Shown: positions 56,781 through 64,000 of the stretch, piece by piece | Position numbering within the stretch: the stretch's first letter is position 1 | Layout: each line of letters opens with the position of its first letter | Source: Camelus dromedarius | Taxonomy: Eukaryota | Assembly: GCF_036321535.1 (NCBI RefSeq) | Contig: NC_087437.1 | Coordinates: 65,784,001 to 65,848,000 of the forward strand | Length of the DNA: 64,000 nucleotides | Direction of reading: 5' to 3' | The notes under the pieces: model-generated | Told to the model about the DNA's origin: nothing | What the model saw: only the letters and a program-made list of their open reading frames with translations | The model's database searches: none | Program-made: the position numbers and the translations under genes

Positions 56781-57299
56781 GTTCATTCATTCACTTAAGT
56801 TGCCAATGTTTAGAAATTGGCGCTTTATATAGAAGTCTTATCTTAAAAAATCACCCAGCCTACTTTACCCATTTACATTTCATGCCCAGACTGCTGCACT
56901 TGAGTTTGTGATAATAAAGCCTAGTTTACAAGATTGTTTTTGTGAAATTAAATGAGGTAATGTCTGTGGGAAAACCTGGCACAAACAGGCACTCGATATA
57001 TTGTTTCTTCCTTCCTGAATGCCATTAGCCATGAAGTTGATACCTGACCATGGCTAAGGAGAGTAGCCAGGATGAAGGACAAGGGAGTCATGGAAAAGGT
57101 GGCTGGAAAGTAATCCTTGCTTGGTCTGTTTTTAGAGGGATACAGGCATTAGGAAATAAGATTCTTAAAGAATTTATAAGAGCACTAAATAAGAAAGTAA
57201 GAGAAGCACTAATAGACATCTCAGTTTGCTTTAAGTGAAGTGCTTCAGGCTCTGAATGGTTCACCCAGCTCATCTCTTGGAGCACCTGTGGAGAGCTGT

Positions 57300-57845
57300 C
57301 TAGACCCCATCCCTGGTTCAGGCAGCTACGTGTAAACACCTGTGTCCGAGCGCAGATCATTTTCTCACCTCCACAGATAGTGAACAGTCTGCCTGTTCCT
57401 TCCCACCTGAGCCCGAACTGAGTGGAAAAGCCTTTGCCACACACAGCAGGTACTAACTACTACAGTTCCTTTCGTAGAGAGCTTTAAATCCCCTGCCTTT
57501 AGTAATAAGCCTGCTTATTTTAACTGAAACAAGGAATTGGTCAACCTTTACCTCAGGTGAAGAGACAGGCCCATGCAAACTCTGCCAGAAACAGACTGGG
57601 TTTAATAAAAACCAAAGGCAATTGTGTAAGCAGTTTGGAAATAAGCATGCTGGACTTTCTCCCTAGTGCAGCAGTTAGGAAATGTTTGTGAGTAGTTTGC
57701 TTGACCTGTTGACCAGTGAGCACAGTGAAGCAGTGGCGTAGTAACATCCAGAAGGTGGTTTGCAGAAGAAACAGGAGCATTTTTGGCTTCCTACCCTCTC
57801 TGGGCCTGGGTTTCCTGAAATTGTCACACCTGCAGCAGAAGGAAA
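57300..57845 (+). promoter_or_regulatory. HGD: HGD promoter / 5' UTR region (non-CpG-island)
   Basis: Forkhead-type TGTAAACA at 57331, C/EBP-like ATTGTGTAA at 57621, HNF4-like TGGACTTTCTCCC at 57651-57663, and TGACCTgtTGACCA at 57702-57715. Confidence 0.6.
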
Positions 57846-57860
57846 ATGGCCGAGCTGAAG
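57846..57860 (+). CDS. HGD: Homogentisate 1,2-dioxygenase, coding part of exon 1
   Basis: aaaATG GCC GAG CTG AAG|GTAAGA encodes MAELK with a strong donor. It joins exon 2 in frame and fits the known GTF2E1-RABL3-HGD gene order. Confidence 0.93.
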
Positions 57861-59902
57861 GTAAGAAACTATCTGGCAAGTTTGCTGTGGCTTCTTCAGC
57901 CAGAACTCAAGGACGCGTCTGAGAATTCCAGAATGTCAGAGTTAGAAAGGACTTAGACCCTAGTCAAAGCTACTGTATTCAGAGGCTTCACCACAGTGTG
58001 TCGGTAGGCATGGCTGGGGCTAGGGGGTGATAAAGAAAAGAGATGATGCTCTAATTGTCCATCTCTTGCCTGGTTCATTTCAATTATTATCTTGGGAATC
58101 TGTAGACATCATAAGGGCTCCCCTCCACAGACACACTTGGACACATTTCTCACTGTGTCTGCTTGCCAGCCCCTACTCTCCAACACCTTCCTGTTGCTGC
58201 AGCTTCCTGACGGACTCCAGCTGACCAGTTAAACCTATTTAATCTATTCCGTTATTGAGGCTTACAATTAGCCCTTGGCCAGTAGAAGCCCTAGTACTTC
58301 CTCTAAGAAATCATTCCTTTTTATTATTTAATGTGCAATTGAAAAATACGTGTGGGTTATGTGCTATTAATGAATTAACTCATAATCTTTAAATCTGGGT
58401 TGTAGCCACTCTTGTTTCTATTTTACAATTAAGGAAAGTAAAGTTCAGAGAGATTAAGTGACTTGCCCAAGGCCACTGCTGATAGGTGATAGAGACTGGA
58501 TTAGAAATTGGGTTTGTCTGAATCCATACCTAGGCTCCAAAAGGAGCCTTAGTGGCATCTACAAGGCTAAGTGCCTTAAGGCCAAAGAAAGGGAGGATGT
58601 CCCCAGTATCTGAAACCATGACTTGTGTCCACCCCAGGCTTGCATCAGCCCAACATACGCACTGAGTGAAACTGAGAACTGCCCAGAACCTTTACTCAAA
58701 TGAAGTATGCCAGATTCCAACCTTTTTCCAGGGTTTGAGCACATCCTGAATGCCCTTCAACTGATGCTGAGTTTAAAAATCAAATATCTCCCTAATTAAT
58801 AGGGATCCTAAAACCACTCAACGCTGAAGTAAAAGAGTTTGCTTCTTTAAGCCTGATGGAGAGTTAGAAGGACTGAGAAAGAATTCTCATTCTTTCATTC
58901 AGCAAATATTATGTGCTAGTACACAATGCCACAGATTAACATAGAAAAGGAACTGAGTCAAGAGAAACTTCCTGAAGGAGGCTGTTCCTAAACTGGGTCT
59001 TAAGAGAGAAGTGGAAATTGACTAAGTGAAAAGAGAAAGGGGCTAGGGGAAATGGCGAGTGCAAATCCCCAGTACACACAGAAAGCCCTGAATGCCCTGG
59101 GGTACAAGAGCAGTTCAGCTAAACTTGAGTTCCTTCAGGGACAGCCAAGAAGAGAATCCCAGAATGTGATCAGATGTATGGATCAGGATCTCAGGGGAGG
59201 GAAGGGCTAGGAGAATAGATCTGGAAAGTCATATCAACAGTGGTAGTTGAAGTCTTAAGAGGGGGAGTGCATAAAAACTTCATTTCCTGATGAAAATCCT
59301 ATGGGGAAGCTCAACAGGGGTTGGAAACATCCTTACCATTTATAAATAAATTATCTCTAAAATCCTATCCTGCTGAAATTTTTAAGCAACTTATTATGCA
59401 CAGCGCCAGCACACCAATGTAAATTGCATGCTGGTCTTTGTTCTCAGTTTCAAAGGCATTCTTCCCAGCCTGCTATCTTATCTCCACAAGGAAAGGTTAG
59501 CTCTAGAGATCAGAAATTCAAACACAGAAAGCCAGATTGCATCATTCTAATCAATACACATCATAAGTTAAAAAAATATTTTTCCTCTGCTTTTATTTCT
59601 TCATTTTAATGCATATGTCAACACAAAGCCTCAAATGAAATCACATTTACATAAAAGCAGCACAACCGGGGGAAGAAAATTCAAAAGATGACATAACAAA
59701 ATTAAATTCTACATTCTTAGGTTGCTTCACTTCTGCAAGTCTTGATTTCCTTATTTCTAAAAGAACTGTTTAACAGGCAGGCTTTGAGCCCCATCACCAA
59801 ATATTTTGATTTTGATTCACTAGGTCTGGGTCTGTATTTAACAAGTTTTAGCCATGATTCTAATGATTAGCCAGAGTTGGGACCCCTGGTCTGCATAATT
59901 AT

Positions 59903-60403
59903 TGTATTAGTTTCCTGTTTCTGTTCTAACGAATTACCACAAATTTAGTGGCTTAAAACAACCAAATGTATTCGGCTTACAGTTCTAGAGGTCAGAAGTC
60001 TGAAATCAGTTTCACTGGGCTTAAAGGCAAGGTGTTGGCTGGTTCCTTTCGAAGATGCAAGGAGAGAATCTGTTTCCCTGCCCTTCCAGTTTCTAGAAGT
60101 TGCCTGCATTTCTTGACTTGAGGCCCCTTTCTCTGTCTTCAAAGTGCATCACTCTGATCTCTCCTTCCATCCTCACATCACCTTTTCCTCTTCTGTAGTC
60201 AAATCTTCCTCTACCTCCCTCTTTTAAGGATACTTATGAATATTTAGGGTACAACCCAAATAATCCAGGACATCTTCCAATCTCAAGATCCTTCACTTAA
60301 TCACATCTATGAAGTCTCTTATAAGAGCTACCTATACAAAGTGATACAAATTCCAGGGATTAAGACATAGACATCTTTGACAGTCATTATTGAGCTGACA
60401 GCA
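59903..60403 (-). mobile_element. MaLR MLT1-type LTR
   Basis: tgtattagtttcctg...attaccacaaatttagtggcttaaaacaac...acagttctagaggtcagaagtctgaaatca. Confidence 0.85.
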
Positions 60404-62232
60404 ATTCAGCCCACTCGCAGTAATCTGCAAGTTCCCCTAACAGTCTATATTCTGTGATCCCAACAAGGTTCACTAGAAATCCTGGACTCCTTCCACAGGG
60501 GGCAAAAAAAAGGTAGCTATAGTTCCATCTCTACTCTGACTTGTCTCTCTTTCCCTAATGCCCAGTAAAAGGAAGTGAGGTTCACCATCTGCTCATCCCA
60601 TCAGGGTGTTACCCAGAATCAGTCAGGAGAAGGCACCTCATAAAACTACTCTGACAAATAAATCATGTCCTGGGGACCAGGTGAGAATTAGAAAGCTGTA
60701 TATCAGGGAGCTGCCAAAGAACTGATGGTGCTGAAGTTACATGGAACTCAGTAACTTGCTCTGTCATTTAGAAAGGAGGCCCATAATTCTCTTGGAAGGA
60801 AACAAAATAATATTTTTTTTTTATGTTGGATCAAATTATTCTGAAATCTGGATTGAAGAAAACATAGAAACACACTTGCCTAATGTTAGATTTTATTTAT
60901 TTTTTGGTATATGGTATATTTGTAGAGTCACTGAACCAGCTGGAGTGGAAAGCTTGGATTATCACAGCTAATAGAAGCAGAGTTCAGATATTGTCCTTGA
61001 TCCCAAAGCCTTGGGAAAGCAGTACAGAATGCGGCTTCCTTGATTCTGATCCCTCCAGCAGTAAGGCATGTGATATTTGAAAGCTCTAATAAACTCATCT
61101 GTAATTTTTCTCTCAGGGGATTAGGAAAACCAACTTGTTTTGGGAGTGACTCAGCAGTTTCCACCCTCGTCTTCAGCCAATGCATGCAGCTAAGATTGTG
61201 AAACCGATTCAGAACTCACACCTCTCTCTGAGCTGGGTGGCTCCCTTCCAAACCACCAGCTGTTCTTTCGACTTTCTTTTCTATTTTTTAAAGCAGTCTG
61301 AAGCAAATGCTCTAAAGCTACATATAGGAAGTTTCTTTTCCTTGGCTCCCAACATACAAATAAACCTGGACTCTGTTCTAAGGTCAGCAGTTGCAAAGAA
61401 CAGAGAAGGTTAATGAGTAAACCCACCCAGTCCTGCTAGAAAGCTCAGCCATCTTGCTCAGCACTCAGACCTTCCTGCCTCCCTTTGCAGAGAGAAACAA
61501 TGCTGCAGTTGAGCAAAGAGAAGGCACTGTGATACTCAGTAGCTTCAGTCACAGATTGGTCTAAAATTCCATTCCACAGAACTGAAGATAATTTGGGGAC
61601 ATTACCATTTCTCAGCAGTTCAAATTTAGTCCTCTTGATGGTGAGCATGGGGTTCATTTAGAGGGAAGAAAATTGTATTCAGTGGAGAGTCAGAATGCTG
61701 GATAGTCTCTGCCATTTCCCCAAAGAAATCATTCCAAACTGCATGTCGCGGCTGTTAACCAATCTGTGTGGAATGTGACTCGCTGTTTTTAGTGCTGATG
61801 GATTTTCAAATATAAAAAAAATACTGTGTCTGGAGGCAAAAAGAGTAATTTCACTTCCATTGCTTTCTAGGTCATAACATTTCACATTTAATATTCCTTC
61901 CAAATATGGGCAGCTGTTGCCCCTGATCAGTGCTCACACATCCAGGTGTGTTCCATCAAGCTCATCCTTCTCCAGGCTGCCAAGAATGCTGGAGGGCTTA
62001 TCCTCCACCCACTTATATCCTTCTTATAGCTCTTAAAGACATGTGCTCAGATGGTGGCATTTCACTCACTGAATGAGGTGGCAATTTCATTATCGTGGGC
62101 TAAAATTAAGTACATTTATTAAGAACAACTACAGGAAGAAAATGACCTTCTTGCGGGGATGTTTAAGTTAGAGAAAAGGGAGTTCGAACCCCACTTAGAG
62201 CAACATACATCCACTCATGTTAGAACAGACTC

Positions 62233-62271
62233 ACTATAACTCAATAAAAAAAAAGTTTAAAAAAAAAAAAA
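62233..62271 (+). mobile_element. Extremely 5'-truncated L1-type insertion (39 bp)
   Basis: actataactcaataaa plus an A tail, flanked by the perfect 11-bp TSD agaacagactc (62222-62232, 62272-62282). Confidence 0.8.
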
Positions 62272-63176
62272 AGAACAGACTCTAAGGGAAAAACTAATTC
62301 AAACAACAGGTATCTATTGATTACCTTTTACAAACCAGGCACCAGGCAAGTAGAGGTAAACAAAGTGCCATCGTTCCAGCCTTCATGGAGTTTATAAACT
62401 AGCAGAGAAGCCAGCCAGTGAAAAAGAATTCACAGGTGTGTTGACTGTTAAGTCAGAGTAAGTTTCAGGGGCTCTGCACACTTTGCTTTGTTAAGAAATC
62501 CCTTTTTCCTGATGTAAACAGATGGCAATCAGAATGCACTCCATTGTGCCACTGAGGACAGATGCTGGTTTGGCACTTCTCCAGAAAGCTACCCATATCT
62601 TCACAATTTGTTTCCATACATCCACACAGATGCAAATATATACACAAGTGCTCCAGGGAGAAGCTTTTGCCTGCAGTGAGGCTCGTTGAAGGGCTTTCTC
62701 TCAAGGGTTTTGCTGTCAGATTGGTTCCACACACCTCCTTACAGGTGCTTGTTTCAGAGTATGGAGGGGGAATGGAGCTCCAACCTCAGGGAGGTTGCAG
62801 TCTAGGCAAGCAGGACCCTGCTAACCTGGAATTGAGGTGATGCCTGAGCCATCTCCCCTCTCAGGAACTCCCTGATGGAACCAGAATTAAAGAACCTGTC
62901 CCTGGAGTGAGATAATTAAGAACAAGCCCATAAATTGACTAAGTACAGCTAAGGGTGGAGAGTCTATGCAATATCCAGCATTCTTCTCCCACTTAACTGA
63001 GGGTCTTTAAAATTCACACAGAGAATATTATCTTTCCTAAACGGTTCACATGCCAAGACATAGCAAAGGTACTACGTATAAAATGTGATATACAAACGCA
63101 TGTTCATATAGAAATTCTTACCTTTGTAGACTGTCAAATCCTGTTGATAATGGTTCTGTGTCTTTGTCATATGCAG

Positions 63177-63248
63177 TATCTTTCTGGATTTGGGAATGAG
63201 TGTGCCTCGGAGGACCCTCGCTGCCCAGGTGCCCTGCCAGAAGGACAG
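63177..63248 (+). CDS. HGD: HGD exon 2 (72 nt); later exons lie right of the window
   Basis: [24 protein letters not shown] is the recognisable HGD N-terminus. Acceptor tttgtcatatgcAG, donor CAG|GTATGA. Confidence 0.96.
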
Positions 63249-64000
63249 GTATGAGTGAATAGAAAATTAGCTTAGAGAGCTCTGAATTGTAGGAATGAAT
63301 GACTGGCCTTCAGGCCAAGTGCCTCTACTCACCATGGTTCTTATAATTTAGCCTGTGAACTGTCTAGGAGCCTCACAAATCATTAAGACAATTGGGATGC
63401 AAAACAATGACAATATGAAGGTTAGTTGGATGGTGGTTACCTATGGCCAAGCACCCAACCCTAAATAAGTAAGACTAACTGTAGGACTTTCAAGAGGATC
63501 CCCTAGGTCCAGGGTTAAGGGGACTTCCTTGTAGTTCCCTTGACCAGCATATGATATAACAATGATGAGAAAATAATCAGTCCTTTTTAAAGAAATGTAT
63601 GTACAAAGATGTTCACACTGGTGTTCATTATAATAGTAAAAATATGGCAAACAAATTTTTTTCAAATGTTTTTGAAGAATACTTCATGGCATGAAAAAAG
63701 TGCTCATGATATAGTGCTTCCTTTTTTAAAAAAGGAAGAAGCCCTAATTATTAACAGGACTACACATATTACAGAATCCCCATTTAAGAATGAAAGGAAA
63801 TATATCCGTATGTCAACATTGGGTTATTTCTGCATGGTGAGATAATGGGTTATAGTTCATAAATTTTCTACAATAAGCTTGAATTACTTTTTGCATCAGA
63901 GGGAAGAGTCACCTAAAATATTATTACAAGAAGTATATATGGGTTGGAGATAGTTGTGTGCACTGAGTGGCCCAGAGCATCTCCATCCAAGGCAGAGTTC

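Overview
AT-rich mammalian genomic DNA, most likely camelid, judged from five tRNA-Ala-derived Vic-1-type SINEs. It holds the GTF2E1-RABL3-HGD neighbourhood. On the minus strand is the 5' part of GTF2E1 (TFIIE-alpha): a probable non-coding exon 1 and coding exons 2-3, with the remaining exons left of the window. GTF2E1 is head-to-head with RABL3 across a CpG-rich bidirectional promoter at about 22.7-23.0 kb. RABL3 is complete on the plus strand: 8 coding exons, 711 nt, 236 aa, all GT-AG. HGD coding exons 1-2 follow on the plus strand, with the ATG about 3.6 kb after the RABL3 stop. The rest is intronic or intergenic DNA rich in L1, L2, MIR, hAT/Tigger and LTR relics; repeat family names are from recall, not a database search. 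I found no convincing novel biological system. The most interesting details are a twin-primed inverted L1, a 39-bp L1-tail insertion that adds AATAAA to HGD intron 1, a phase-compatible RABL3-HGD read-through route, and candidate cryptic splice and polyA signals.
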